From Candidatus Aminicenantes bacterium (GTDB lineage Bacteria > Acidobacteriota > Aminicenantia > Aminicenantales > Saccharicenantaceae): a stretch of 64,000 bases of DNA. The notes beneath the pieces were generated by a model, which saw nothing but the letters and a program-made list of their open reading frames with translations, searched no databases and was not told the origin of the DNA. This document shows positions 19,285 through 30,030 of the stretch, one piece after another. The first letter of the stretch is position 1; the number at the start of each line of letters is the position of its first letter. Location: the NCBI GenBank assembly GCA_963809345.1, contig CAWEJF010000007.1:6633-70632 (forward strand), in the 5' to 3' direction. The translations under genes and the position numbers were made by a program.

Positions 19285-21379
19285 TCATTTGGGCGCTTTA
19301 AAGACTTTGTCAAGCTCCTCTGCCAGGTTCTCGATCACCCGGATCTCCATCTCTCGTTCGTAGATGGACAGCGCCAGCTGTTTTCCATCGGGATTGAAGC
19401 CGTAAACTTCGGCTCGGTCTTTGGAGTGCCAGACTTCCTGGGGAACGCCCCCTGCCGCGGGGACGCGCCACAGAGTGGTCCCGTCCTTATATTCGGTGAA
19501 ATACGCGTATTTCCCGTCGGGAGACCACAGCCCCATCGCGATCGACTGGGATGTGCACAGCTCTTTGACGTCACCGCCCTCGACAGGCATCGTGTAGAGA
19601 TGGCTCTTCTTGTCCTCAGAAGATCTTACGGCGAAGAGCAGGGTCTTGCCGTCAGGCGACCGATCCATGACGCTTCTTTCAAAACGGGTGTGCCTGTAAA
19701 GGACTTTCTCCTCGCCCGTGGCCAGATCACGCTTGACCAGCCGATCGGTGAAGAACAGGTAAAATATGCTCTTGCCGTCCGAAGACCAGCGAACATCAGA
19801 GATCGGGTAGGCGTCGTCGGCGGGGGGATTAAATTTGTCTTTGTAGTCGGATAAATTGAGGACCTCGGTTGTTTGTCCTGTTTTGACGTCAACTCTCAAG
19901 ATCCCGCCTCTGGGGCGGCCTTCTGTGCGGATCTTGTCCCTAGCTACCCCTGTGACCAAGATCGAGTTTCCGTCCGGAGACCAGCAGAGGGACATGGACA
20001 TTCCCAAGTCCTCCGCAGCTTGGCGCTCTTCCCCCGTCTTGAGATCCTGAATCGTGAGTTGCAGGGGACTTGGCGTTCGCTCATTCATCTTGACATAGGC
20101 TAAATTGCGTCCGTCGGGAGACCATTGGGCCCCGATGATCGAACCCGACAGGGTTCTTCCCGATCTTTCCTGAAGCTCACCGGTCTCGACGTTGAAGGGC
20201 GCGACATAAGCATAAAAATTGCGCCGGTTAAAGCCAAAATAGCAGTCGCCGTTCTGAGTGAAACCCATCGGGTCGACCTGACCGATGTCGTTATAGATCC
20301 GCTTGGGCTCTCCGGACGGCCTTCCCCCGTCAACGGTTATCGCCCAGAGATCCCATGTCCCGGCCCGGTCACTGATGAACAAGAACTCCTTTCTGCCGGG
20401 GACCCAGCCGAATAGCCTGTCGTCGGCCGGATGCTTGACCAGAGGAACTTCGCCGCTCCCGTCCATTGCCAACAGGGAGATATCACGCTTACCCCCTTCA
20501 GTGTCCGCATAATCCATGGCGATATATGCTCCGTCGGGAGAACAAGCCACTCTTGGGAAGACCTTTTCGAATGTCTTCAACACGCGGATGGCCCCGCTCG
20601 AAATGTTTAGCAAACAGACCTGGACCGTTCCGGCCGCATAAATGTGCTTGACGAAAACGAGCTCATCCTCCGAAAGCCATCCCGCAGGATACACATGCTC
20701 GCCTTCGTGGCGATAGAGCCTGCGAGGTGATGGATTGTCGACATCAACAATGAGCAGATCATAGGTATGATTGGCGTTCCACCAGGAATAAGCGATCTTC
20801 TTGCCGTTCCTGGAAAACGTCGGGTTCATGGCAAAACCCTTGGCCGCGTCCGCTTCATGAGTCAAGATCCGGTCTTTTCCGCTCGTGAGCTCACGGACGG
20901 CGAGATCTCCGTTCCCCCAATGGACATAAGCATGGAACCGTCCGTCGGAAGATATGTTCACCCAGAAAATCCGTATACGGCTTCTTCAAGACTTGCCTGA
21001 TCCTGATGCCTTCCGGCTCGTCGGGTGTTGCGCCGGGACGTTTCAATTTCGAAAGCCGGTCCTGGGCCTTGGCCACGATCTCTTTTTGTTCGCCGTAATC
21101 CCGAACGACCGTTTGATAGGCGTTCTGGGCCTCTTGATTTCCCAGGCGCTCATAGCACTGCCCGATGCGGAATTGGGCTTCCGCCGCAAGCTGCCGGTTT
21201 TCCGGAAACTGCTTGAGGATTGTCTGATACAGTCCGATGGCCTCCGCCCATTTTGCTTCGTTCGTCTCGAGGCGCAGCGCTTTCTGGAAAAGGTCCTCCC
21301 CGGTCTGAGGGACAGCCCCCAGAACGGCCGCCGCGACGAGCAGCCCCAAGATCCCTAGGAATGCTGACTTATGGGACAT
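19285..21379 (-). pseudogene. exported TPR plus TolB-like (PD40) beta-propeller protein, frameshifted near 20960 (possibly sequencing error)
   Basis: Signal peptide, TPR (AAEAQFRIGQCYERLG), many WSPDG-type blades; ORFs 20891..21379 and 19285..20961 join on removing one base. Confidence 0.75.
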
Positions 21380-21435
21380 TTTTTCTCTCCTCGGATGAAT
21401 TCTGATCCGAAGATGCGCCTTTCGAGCCGCCGATG

Positions 21436-21473
21436 TGTCATCCGCCTGTAACTATTTTGTAATCATTATGTAA
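21436..21473 (-). promoter_or_regulatory. four 11-bp-phased repeats TTACA-N6-TTACA-N6-TTACA-N6-TGACA; putative OmpR-family operator
   Basis: On the + strand TGTCA at 21436 and TGTAA at 21447, 21458 and 21469. Confidence 0.7.
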
Positions 21474-21490
21474 AAAACCGGTCTTCATGG

Positions 21491-22186
21491 TCATTCCGTA
21501 TCCAGGGCCAACTTGTAGCCGACCCCGTGCACGGTGAGCAAATACCGGGGCTCGGCGGGATTCTTCTCGATCTTGGACCGCAGCTGGGCGATATGATTAT
21601 CCACGGTCCGGGTGGTCGGATACAGGTCGTACCCCCAGACCTCATCGAGGAGCTCGTCGCGGGTCACGACCTCCCCCGCGCGTGAGGCCAGATATTCCAG
21701 GATCCCGAACTCCTTCGGCGACAGGCTGATCGCCGAGTCTCCCTTGAAAGCTTCGTACTTCTTGAAATTCAGTGAAACATCCCCCATCTTTAGCGATTCG
21801 GGCGGGCCCGTCTTGCTCCGCTCGGGCATTCGCCGCAGGAGAGCCCTCACCCGGGCCAGGAGTTCCGGCAGAGAGAACGGTTTGGTTACGTAATCGTCAG
21901 CCCCGATATCCAGCCCACGGATCTTGTCCGGTTCCTCTCCCTTGGCGGTCAGCATCAAGACCGGAGTTGTATTATTCTCGGTTCTCAACTTTTTGCAGAG
22001 CGCGAATCCGTCCATCTTGGGGATCATGATGTCCAGGATGATGAGGTCGGGCTTCTCTTCCATCGCGGCGGCGTATCCCGACTCCCCGTCCTCAGCCGTG
22101 ATGACCTCATAGGATCTAAAGGCCAACACATCCTTGAGCCCGCTCAGGATGGAAATATCATCTTCGATGATCAGGATCCGCTTCAT
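21491..22186 (-). CDS. OmpR/PhoB family DNA-binding response regulator
   Basis: IIEDD, LDIMIP, GADDYVTKPF, TRTVDNHIAQLRSKIE, TVHGVGYK. Confidence 0.93.
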   Translation of the reverse strand: MKRILIIEDDISILSGLKDVLAFRSYEVITAEDGESGYAAAMEEKPDLIILDIMIPKMDGFALCKKLRTENNTTPVLMLTAKGEEPDKIRGLDIGADDYVTKPFSLPELLARVRALLRRMPERSKTGPPESLKMGDVSLNFKKYEAFKGDSAISLSPKEFGILEYLASRAGEVVTRDELLDEVWGYDLYPTTRTVDNHIAQLRSKIEKNPAEPRYLLTVHGVGYKLALDTE

Positions 22187-24159
22187 TCTTCCTCCAGAGG
22201 GAGAACGATTGAAAAGGTGCTTCCTTCCCCGGGCCGACTGATGACGTCCACCCGCCCGCCGTGGGCTTCGGCGATATGGGAGACGATCGCCAGCCCCAAA
22301 CCAGTTCCCGGGATCCTCTGGTTTTCGGACCCGGGGACCCTGAAAAACTGGCCGAAAACGAGGCCCTTGTTCTCCTCAGAGATCCCGATGCCGAAATCCG
22401 TGACGTCGATGCTGACCGCGTTCTCCCTTCGACGGAGTCGCAGGCGAAGCTCCCGGCTCTTGCCTGAATACTTCATGGCGTTGTCGAGGAGGTTGAGGAC
22501 CGCCTGTTCGAGGGCATCACTGTCCCCATGAACCGAGGGAACGCTGGGGTCCGCCTCGATCTGCAGGTCGAATCCCTTCTGGCCCAAGGCAAAGGCCATG
22601 GCCCTGGCTGCGGCCTTGACGACGGCCTCGAGAGAGACACGTTCGAAATGGTAGGTCCGTGTGCCCTGTTCGATCTTGGAAAAATCCAGGACGTTGTTGA
22701 GCAGCCGGCTCAGGCGTTCGCTCTCGCTGATGATGGTCCGCAGATATCCCTGCTGCGCCTCGGGCTCGCTCCGCACTCCCATGGCCAGCGCCTCGGCGAA
22801 CATGCGGATGGCCGTCAAGGGGGTTTTGAGCTCATGTGAGACACTGGCGGCGAAATGGGATTTCATGTCCGCGAGCGCCAATTCCCGGCGGATATCACGC
22901 CAGAGCAGGTACATCCCGAAACCGGTGAACCCGATCACAAGGACGAGGATCAACCAGTAAAGAACGGGGAAGGGAAGAGAAGAATCGGACCAGGCGGAAA
23001 TCCCCGTTTCCTCAAAATGGAGCAGGGCTCCTTGAAAGGAACGCCCGAGGGGTAGTCCCTCCGCCCCGGGACCCGTGACGATCAGGCAGGAGCCTGGAAA
23101 AGTACCGGCCAAACCGTCCTTCTCGATCACGGAGCGAAGAACTTCAGGCCCGTGAAAAGCGAAGAGATGCTGCATGTCCCTCCCCGGGCCATCGCGGACG
23201 CCGACAAGCCAGGGGATGTCTCCATGGGCCTCCCAAGTTGACGATCCGTCCGCCGGTGATGACGACTTAAGGCGCGACGCCCAGCCTGTGACAAACGCTC
23301 GAAGCGCCAGGCTCCTCTCGAGATGTTCGAGTCCGTCGACCACCGACTGTCTTAGTCGATGGATCTTGTCCGCAGGAAGCGATCCGGCGGCCTGGGTTTC
23401 CAGCTGGGCGAGGATATCACGGACGAAATAGAGCGCGGCCGGCGGGTGCCGCCCGTTGTCCTTCAGGGCTCCTTCCAGCCTATCCAGAAGGGGGCCATGG
23501 TCTCCGCTCAGGCCGGAGAGCCGGTCGGCCGCATACAGCGAGAAGGGAATGCCGTATTCATCGGTCACATCGTCGGGTTGATCGAGGATCTCATTGTAGA
23601 GACCCAAGGCCCCCTCCTTGTCCCCGGATTTGACCAGGATCCTTCCGATCTGCAACCTGATAGAGCTCTTTTGGGAGGCCGAAGTCGCCAAGGCCAGGGC
23701 TCGATTCAAGAGGCCCGCGGCTTGGCGAAGGCCATTCTTGGCCAATTCCGCATGCTGCGCCTGAAGAACAAGCGTCGCGGCACGCTCATCCTGGGAGGAT
23801 GAGGCCTGCTGGGCTCCGCTATCCCAAGGCATTTCGAGTTCCCCATCCCGGATACGGCCCACAAAGACCAACTCGGGATGGGTCAAGCGATCGACATGGA
23901 TGATGGGCGAAGCTTCGGAAATTCCCTGAAGAAGTGTCTGTTCGGCTTTTTCCAATCTGTCGGCCATGTGCCGGCCGATCTCCGCGGCCTTCTGTTGCTG
24001 GGCCTCTTCCGCCCGCCGCGTTCTCAATTCGTTGTCCTGGCGGTTCATTCGGATCGTGAAAAAAAGAAGGACCAAGGCCGGCAAAAGAACTGAACCTCCG
24101 AAAAGAAGGAGCTGCTTGGTGTGCCTGCCGTTGGACAGGAGGGAGGGGGGGGATTTCAC
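22183..24159 (-). CDS. membrane sensor histidine kinase with large extracytoplasmic TPR-like sensor domain
   Basis: Two TM segments; SVSHELKTPL H-box, NLLDNAMKYS, DFGIGI, GTGLGL; overlaps the response regulator by 4 bp. Confidence 0.9.
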   Translation of the reverse strand: MKSPPSLLSNGRHTKQLLLFGGSVLLPALVLLFFTIRMNRQDNELRTRRAEEAQQQKAAEIGRHMADRLEKAEQTLLQGISEASPIIHVDRLTHPELVFVGRIRDGELEMPWDSGAQQASSSQDERAATLVLQAQHAELAKNGLRQAAGLLNRALALATSASQKSSIRLQIGRILVKSGDKEGALGLYNEILDQPDDVTDEYGIPFSLYAADRLSGLSGDHGPLLDRLEGALKDNGRHPPAALYFVRDILAQLETQAAGSLPADKIHRLRQSVVDGLEHLERSLALRAFVTGWASRLKSSSPADGSSTWEAHGDIPWLVGVRDGPGRDMQHLFAFHGPEVLRSVIEKDGLAGTFPGSCLIVTGPGAEGLPLGRSFQGALLHFEETGISAWSDSSLPFPVLYWLILVLVIGFTGFGMYLLWRDIRRELALADMKSHFAASVSHELKTPLTAIRMFAEALAMGVRSEPEAQQGYLRTIISESERLSRLLNNVLDFSKIEQGTRTYHFERVSLEAVVKAAARAMAFALGQKGFDLQIEADPSVPSVHGDSDALEQAVLNLLDNAMKYSGKSRELRLRLRRRENAVSIDVTDFGIGISEENKGLVFGQFFRVPGSENQRIPGTGLGLAIVSHIAEAHGGRVDVISRPGEGSTFSIVLPLEEE

Positions 24160-24165
24160 ACCCCT

Positions 24166-24206
24166 ATGGTAGCATGACCCGACAGCGATTTGTCATGGAA
24201 TTGTAA
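24166..24206 (-). promoter_or_regulatory. TTACA-N6-TGACA repeat and extended -10 (TGcTACCAT) of the kinase-regulator operon
   Basis: Minus strand reads CTTACAATTCCATGACA-19 nt-TACCAT-6 nt-GTG. Confidence 0.6.
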
Positions 24207-24342
24207 GTGTCAGTGGAGCTCTTCCTCCGTGTGGTCACGATGGGGACAAGACCCCTAAGTACGGCTCAGTTTTAGTGACTCAGGCTGAAAAGAAAAATCA
24301 GGAAAATCGAATGAAAATCCGGGGAAGTCAGGGTTATTTCGG

Positions 24343-24418
<76 letters not shown>

Positions 24419-24432
24419 ACCGGGAATGCCCA

Positions 24433-24461
24433 ATATTACATGAAGAGAGTTTTCCCGTCAA
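24433..24461 (-). promoter_or_regulatory. sigma70 promoter of tRNA-Ala
   Basis: TTGACG-17 bp-TAATAT on the minus strand. Confidence 0.7.
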
Positions 24462-24582
24462 GAACTTGAGCTTCAGCCCGGCGGACCGGCCAGCCGTATT
24501 CTGCGGTCCGACGGGAATGCCGGATTGACCCCCCTGCGGCCCTATGATAATTAGGAGGAACCGACTCCCCAGGAGGTTCCTC

Positions 24583-27264
24583 ATGATCCTATCCCCGGCT
24601 TCCGGTCTGAAAACCCGTGTATGCCTCGGCCTGGCGGCCTTGGCCATGTTCGGGGCCTCGACCATCGCCACCACCGCTTCTGCCGCCGAGAGCGCCGGGC
24701 CGCTGGCCCCGGTATCGTTGCGCTGCGAATACCTTGTCAACCCCACGGGCATCGATATGCCAAAGCCGCGCTTCTTCTGGGTCATCGAACACCCGGAACG
24801 GGGCCAGGTCCAATCGGCCTATCAGATCGTCGTTTCGTCCGAGCCCAAGGCCGACGCGGGAGACATCTGGGACAGCGGTAAGATCACCTCCACCAAGTCC
24901 ACTCAGGTCGTCTTCGCCGGCAAGGCACTCGAAAGCGGCAAGTCCTATTTCTGGAAGGTCCGCGCCTGGGACCGGGACGGCCGCGAGAGCGCCTGGAGCG
25001 CCGCGGCGCGCTTCGACACCGGACTCTTCTCCAAGGGCGACTGGAAGGGCTCTTGGATCGGCAAAAAGAACCAGCTCCGCAGGGAGTTCGCGGTGAAGGG
25101 CCGGGTCAAGCGGGCCCGTGCCCACATCGCCGGCCTCGGTTATTACGAACTTCGGATCAACGGCCGCAAGGCCGGCAATCATGTCCTCGACCCGGCCTGG
25201 ACGACCTATGACAAGCGCGTCCTTTATGTGACCTACGACGTGACGTCCTTCCTGCGGGAAGGCGCCAACGCGGTCGCCGTCGCGCTCGGAAACGGCTGGT
25301 ATAAATCGCGGGCCCTCCTTCTTCAGCTCAACATCGAGCTCGAGGACGGAAGCGCCATGAGCGTCGTCACCGATTCGTCATGGAAGGTCGCCGACGGCCC
25401 TATCATCGAGGACAGCATTTACGATGGGGAATCTTACGACGCCCGCCGGGAAACGTCCGGATGGGACCGGCCCGGTTTCGACGATACGGACTGGCCCGCC
25501 GCCGAGGCGATCACCGGACCGACGGGTGTGCTTTCGGCCCAGCTGATGCCGGCCATCCAGGTCGTCGACACCATCATGCCTCTCAAGATGACCAATCCCC
25601 TTCCTGGCGTCTATGTCTTCGACATGGGTCAGAACTTCAGCGGCTGGGCCCGCCTCCGCGTCAAGGGGCAGCGCGGCACAGACGTCCGCCTCCGCTTCGC
25701 CGAGCTCCTCTATGAGAACGGCACGCTCAACCAGGACAACCTGCGCACAGCCCAGGCCGAGGATCATTACATCCTCAAGGGCGAGGGCGAGGAGGTCTGG
25801 GAGCCGCGCTTCACCTACCACGGCTTCCGCTACGTCGAGGTCACGGGATTCCCGGGGACACCGAAGCTCGACTCGATCCGCGGCCGGGTCGTCCACTCGG
25901 CGGTCGAGCCCGTCGGCAGCTTCGCCGCTTCGAAGGACATCCTCAACGGTATCCAGCGCATCATCACTTGGGGCCAGAAGACGAACCTCCACAGCATCCC
26001 GACCGACTGCGACCAGCGCGACGAGCGCATGGGCTGGATGGGCGACGCCCAAGGCACGGCAGAGGAAGCCATCATGAACTTCGACATGGCCGCGTTCTAC
26101 ACGAATTTCATGCGCGACATCCGCGACGTCCAGGACGAAAAGGGCCGCCTCTCCGACACGGTGCCCCATGTTTGGGGCGGGGAGAACGCCGACCCGGCCT
26201 GGGCCACCGCCTATCCGCTGATCGGCTGGTACATGTATCAGTATTACGGCGATACGCGCGTCCTCGAGGAACACTACGACGGGCTGAAGAAATACGTCGA
26301 GTTCCTGCGGAGCAAAGCGGAGAACGGGCTGGTCAAGTTCAGCTCGTACGGCGACTGGGTGGCCATCGAGAAGTGTCCCGGCGCGATCGTCTCATCCTTC
26401 TATTACCTCTACGACGTCCGTATCCTGGCCGACGCGGCCCGCGTCATCGGCCGGACGGCCGACGCGGCGCTCTACGACAAGCTGGCCGCGGACATCCGAA
26501 CGGCCTTCAACCGGGAATACTACAACCCGAAGACCGGCGATTACGCCGACGGTACCCAGACGGCCAACACCCTGCCGCTCTTCCTCGACATCCCGACGGA
26601 AAGAGAAGATAGCGCCTGGGGCCGGCTCTTCGACGACATCGTATATAAGCACAACGTCCACCTGACGACCGGCATCGTCGGCACGAAGTACATCATGGAG
26701 GTCCTGACCAGCCGCGGGGCCCCGGACCTGGCCTTCGATATCGCCTGCAAAACGGACTTTCCGAGCTGGGGCTACATGATCGCGAGCGGCGCGACGACCC
26801 TCTGGGAGCTGTGGCAGAACCGCGAGGGCTCGTCGATGAACTCGCACAACCACCCCATGTTCGGAAGCGTTGGGGCCTGGTTCTACAAGGCCCTGGCCGG
26901 GATCAACCTGGCGCCGGGGACGACCGGATTCGAGAAGATCCTCATCGCGCCGCAGATGGTCAGGGACCTGACCCACGCCTCGGGCTCGACGATGACCGTT
27001 CGCGGCGAAGTCGCCTGCGCCTGGGCGCGGACGGAGAGAACGGTGCGGGTCGAGGTGACCATTCCGTTCGGGTCAGAGGCCGAGGTCGTCATCCCCAAGC
27101 TCGGAATACGCAACATCGAAATCAGCGAGGGCGGCCAAACGATTTGGGCTGGAGACAAGTACGCCGCCGGAGCAGCCGGCGTGACCGGGGCTGTCGATAA
27201 AGACGGCGCCATCCGTATCACGACCGGCGGCGGCCGCTACGTCTTCGTGTTGGAGGGCGATTAA
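24583..27264 (+). CDS. alpha-L-rhamnosidase (GH78), exported
   Basis: LRCEYLVNP, FDMGQNFSGW, PRFTYHGFRYV, IPTDCDQRDERMGWMGD, GATTLWELW, SHNHPMFG; AGGAGG SD. Confidence 0.92.
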   Translation: MILSPASGLKTRVCLGLAALAMFGASTIATTASAAESAGPLAPVSLRCEYLVNPTGIDMPKPRFFWVIEHPERGQVQSAYQIVVSSEPKADAGDIWDSGKITSTKSTQVVFAGKALESGKSYFWKVRAWDRDGRESAWSAAARFDTGLFSKGDWKGSWIGKKNQLRREFAVKGRVKRARAHIAGLGYYELRINGRKAGNHVLDPAWTTYDKRVLYVTYDVTSFLREGANAVAVALGNGWYKSRALLLQLNIELEDGSAMSVVTDSSWKVADGPIIEDSIYDGESYDARRETSGWDRPGFDDTDWPAAEAITGPTGVLSAQLMPAIQVVDTIMPLKMTNPLPGVYVFDMGQNFSGWARLRVKGQRGTDVRLRFAELLYENGTLNQDNLRTAQAEDHYILKGEGEEVWEPRFTYHGFRYVEVTGFPGTPKLDSIRGRVVHSAVEPVGSFAASKDILNGIQRIITWGQKTNLHSIPTDCDQRDERMGWMGDAQGTAEEAIMNFDMAAFYTNFMRDIRDVQDEKGRLSDTVPHVWGGENADPAWATAYPLIGWYMYQYYGDTRVLEEHYDGLKKYVEFLRSKAENGLVKFSSYGDWVAIEKCPGAIVSSFYYLYDVRILADAARVIGRTADAALYDKLAADIRTAFNREYYNPKTGDYADGTQTANTLPLFLDIPTEREDSAWGRLFDDIVYKHNVHLTTGIVGTKYIMEVLTSRGAPDLAFDIACKTDFPSWGYMIASGATTLWELWQNREGSSMNSHNHPMFGSVGAWFYKALAGINLAPGTTGFEKILIAPQMVRDLTHASGSTMTVRGEVACAWARTERTVRVEVTIPFGSEAEVVIPKLGIRNIEISEGGQTIWAGDKYAAGAAGVTGAVDKDGAIRITTGGGRYVFVLEGD

Positions 27265-27265
27265 A

Positions 27266-27778
27266 ATGATGTTCCAAGAGCTGATCAAGAAGCGCTACAG
27301 CGTCCGGGCCTATAAGCCGGACCCGGTCGAAGAGGACAAGCTCGCCCGCGTGCTCGAGGCGGCCCGCATCGCGCCCACGGCCGCCAACCGCCAGGCCTTC
27401 CGGATCATCGTCATCAAGACGGCCGAGCGCAAAACGGACCTGCAGCGCGTCTACGGCCGCGACTGGTTCGTCCAGGCCCCGCTCGTCTTGTGCGTTTGCG
27501 CCGTCCCCTCAGAAGCGTGGGTCCGCAAGGCCGACGGGTGGAACGCCGCCGAGATCGATGCGACGATCGTCATGAGCCACGTCGTCCTGGCCGCGGCGGA
27601 GGAAGGACTCGGAACCTGCTGGATCGCCGCCTTCGATCCTTCCGCGGCCCGCGAAGTCCTGGGCCTTCCTATCGAGGTCATCCCTTCAGCGTTCACGCCG
27701 CTCGGCTACGCGGCCGATGTCCCTGCGCCAAAAAAGCGCCGGCCGCTTGCCGAACTCGTCCGTCACGGCCGTTGGTGA
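27266..27778 (+). CDS. nitroreductase family protein
   Basis: KRYSVRAY, APTAANRQ, GLGTCWI motifs. Confidence 0.9.
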   Translation: MMFQELIKKRYSVRAYKPDPVEEDKLARVLEAARIAPTAANRQAFRIIVIKTAERKTDLQRVYGRDWFVQAPLVLCVCAVPSEAWVRKADGWNAAEIDATIVMSHVVLAAAEEGLGTCWIAAFDPSAAREVLGLPIEVIPSAFTPLGYAADVPAPKKRRPLAELVRHGRW

Positions 27779-27825
27779 GAGGGCGCCCCTGGGCCCGGAC
27801 AAAAAAGGTTGAATGGAGAATTGAG

Positions 27826-29925
27826 ATGATCAGGAAACGATTGAACCTCCTCGCCCTTTCCGTCCTCTTTTTAGGCCTCCCGGCCATAGCGCAGATGACG
27901 CCCTGGCTTCAATGGACGTTCCTGCCCCAAGCCCGGATGGACGAGATCGTCGGGGAAGCGTCGGGCGAAACGGCCCTCAACCACGTCATGGCCATGTGCG
28001 GCTTTCCCCGCGACCGCAAGCCGGCGGAATACGCCGGGACGCTGGCCGAGGCCCAATACGTGCTCGAACGGCTGCAGGAATTCGGATTGCCGGAGGCGGC
28101 CATCCTGCGCTACCCGGGCGGCGAGACCTGGGACGGGGTCAAGGGCGAGCTGTGGGAAGTCAAGCCCGGCCGGGAGAAGATCGCTTCGTACCGGGACCTT
28201 ACGGCCATGCTGGCCTCCGGCAGCACCTCGGCCGACGTCACCGCCGAGCTCGTCTGGGTCGAGGAAGGCGAGCCGAAGGATTTCGAGGGACTCGATGTCA
28301 AAGGCAAGATCCTGGTCACGTCCGGCTCGGCCGGGGCCGTGCACAACATCGGCTGTACGCAGAAGGGAGCGGCCGGGATCATTTCCTTCGCTTCCCCGAG
28401 GCCTCTCTTCGACCCGCTGATCATCCCTTGGGGAGGGCTTTACACCCGCGGATCCGGGGCCAAGTTCGCCTTTCTCGTGCCGCCTCGCGAGGGTGTCATC
28501 CTCCGCGACCGGCTGAAGCGCGGCGAGAAGATCACCGTCCACGCCGTCGTCGAGGCGAAAACGGAGAAGTCCGACCTCCAAGTCATCGTCGCGGCCATCC
28601 CGGGCACGGACGCCGGAGCGGAGGAGGTCATCGTCACGGCTCACATCTTCGAGGGTTACGCGATGTTCGGGGCCAATGACAATTCGTCCGGCTCGGCGGC
28701 CATCCTCGAGGCCGCCCGCACCCTCCAAACGCTCATCGCCGAGGGACGGCTGCCGCGCCCCAAGAGGACCATTCGCTTCCTCTGGACGCCGGAGTTCTCG
28801 GGGACCATTCCCTACGTCAAGGCCGAGGCCGCGCGGATCGAGCGGACGCTCTGCGACATCAACCTGGACATGGTCGGCGTCCGGCTGTCACGGAGCCTGG
28901 CCTTCTTCACGGTCATGCGCACGACCTACGGCAATCCCCATTACGTCAACGATGTCGTCGAAAACTATTTCCGGTACGTCGGCGAGGCCACGCGCTCCTA
29001 TGTCACGAACGGCATGGACGAGGAGATGGGCCGCCGGATCGTCGCGCCGAGCGGCAGCGAGGAACCGATGTACTATTATGTCGGTACCCACTTCGGCTCC
29101 TCCGATCACGAGGTCTTCAACGATTGGGCGATCGGCGTCCCCGGGGTCGTCCTGAACACCTGGCCCGACAAGTGGTACCACACCTCGGAGGACCGGCCGG
29201 ACAAGCTCGATCCGACCCAGATGAAGCGCGCGGTCATCATCACCGCCGCCTCGGCCTACACCATCGCCTCGGCCGACGACGCCATGGCGGCCCGGATCGC
29301 CGCCGAGATCGTCTCCAACGCCTCGGCCAGGATGGGCCATCAGCTGGCCCGCGGTCTCGAAGAAATGGCCCGCGCCGGTTCGGCCGCTTTTCCCGCCGCC
29401 TTCAAGCGCGCCCGCGGCTATATCCAGGCCTCGGCCCGGAACGAGCGGGCCACTATCGACTCGACCTCCGAGCTGGCCGCGGACAAGAACGGGTTCGCGA
29501 GCTATCTGGACAAGCTCAGAACTTCTGTATCAGGATTCGAGGCCGCCCACCTGCAGACGCTGGACGAGGCCATGCGCCGGCAGCCCGCGTCGCTTGGGCT
29601 CAAGCCGGTTGACCTCCGGCTCTCCACCGCCGAAAAGAGGGCGGCCGCCCTAGTGCCCAAACCGCTCGCCAAGATCAAGGCCAATGGCTTCGCCGGCTAT
29701 CAGGCGGCCATTCAAGAGGCGAGAACGGCCGCCGGCGGTCAACCCTTGACGCCCGCCCGCGGCGCTTCTCGGAACACGGCGGAGATCCAGCTCCTCTGCG
29801 ACGGGAAGAACAGTGCCCTGGATATCAAGAAGATGCTCGATACCCAGTTCCAGGCGCAAACGCCCCTCGAGGCCGTCATCGCCCACCTCGAGCTGCTCAG
29901 GAAAGCCGGCCTCGTCGCTTTTTAG
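27826..29925 (+). CDS. exported M28 family aminopeptidase-like protein with PA domain
   Basis: Signal peptide; TAH, GANDNSSG, WTPEFSG, INLDMVG, SSDH, YHTSED. Confidence 0.85.
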   Translation: MIRKRLNLLALSVLFLGLPAIAQMTPWLQWTFLPQARMDEIVGEASGETALNHVMAMCGFPRDRKPAEYAGTLAEAQYVLERLQEFGLPEAAILRYPGGETWDGVKGELWEVKPGREKIASYRDLTAMLASGSTSADVTAELVWVEEGEPKDFEGLDVKGKILVTSGSAGAVHNIGCTQKGAAGIISFASPRPLFDPLIIPWGGLYTRGSGAKFAFLVPPREGVILRDRLKRGEKITVHAVVEAKTEKSDLQVIVAAIPGTDAGAEEVIVTAHIFEGYAMFGANDNSSGSAAILEAARTLQTLIAEGRLPRPKRTIRFLWTPEFSGTIPYVKAEAARIERTLCDINLDMVGVRLSRSLAFFTVMRTTYGNPHYVNDVVENYFRYVGEATRSYVTNGMDEEMGRRIVAPSGSEEPMYYYVGTHFGSSDHEVFNDWAIGVPGVVLNTWPDKWYHTSEDRPDKLDPTQMKRAVIITAASAYTIASADDAMAARIAAEIVSNASARMGHQLARGLEEMARAGSAAFPAAFKRARGYIQASARNERATIDSTSELAADKNGFASYLDKLRTSVSGFEAAHLQTLDEAMRRQPASLGLKPVDLRLSTAEKRAAALVPKPLAKIKANGFAGYQAAIQEARTAAGGQPLTPARGASRNTAEIQLLCDGKNSALDIKKMLDTQFQAQTPLEAVIAHLELLRKAGLVAF

Positions 29926-29947
29926 ACCGCCCTGTTCCCTCCTGACG

Positions 29948-29973
29948 GAGCTTGGCCGCTGAGCTCTTTTTTT
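29948..29973 (+). terminator. putative intrinsic terminator
   Basis: GAGCT/AGCTC stem followed by T7 downstream of the M28 gene. Confidence 0.45.
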
Positions 29974-29993
29974 CAAATTCTTTCCCAAAGCCC

Positions 29994-30024
29994 TTGACTC
30001 TGACGTTACGTCATAGTTCATAAT
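29994..30024 (+). promoter_or_regulatory. MerR-type promoter with 19-bp spacer and dyad operator
   Basis: TTGACT (29994)-19 bp-CATAAT (30019); TGACGT-T-ACGTCA palindrome at 30001-30013. Confidence 0.85.
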
Positions 30025-30030
30025 GGAGGA

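Noticed and set aside
19285-24342. Genomic island integrated at tRNA-Ala
   Set aside because: The region looks somewhat less GC-rich and follows the tRNA 3' end, but I saw no integrase and no duplicated tRNA 3' end (att site).
27490-27825. Upstream extensions of the ORF-track calls for the M28 gene (also cdaR, folP, the M20 hydrolase, tupC, mog)
   Set aside because: They overlap preceding genes; downstream starts have SD sequences or coupling and match family N-termini.
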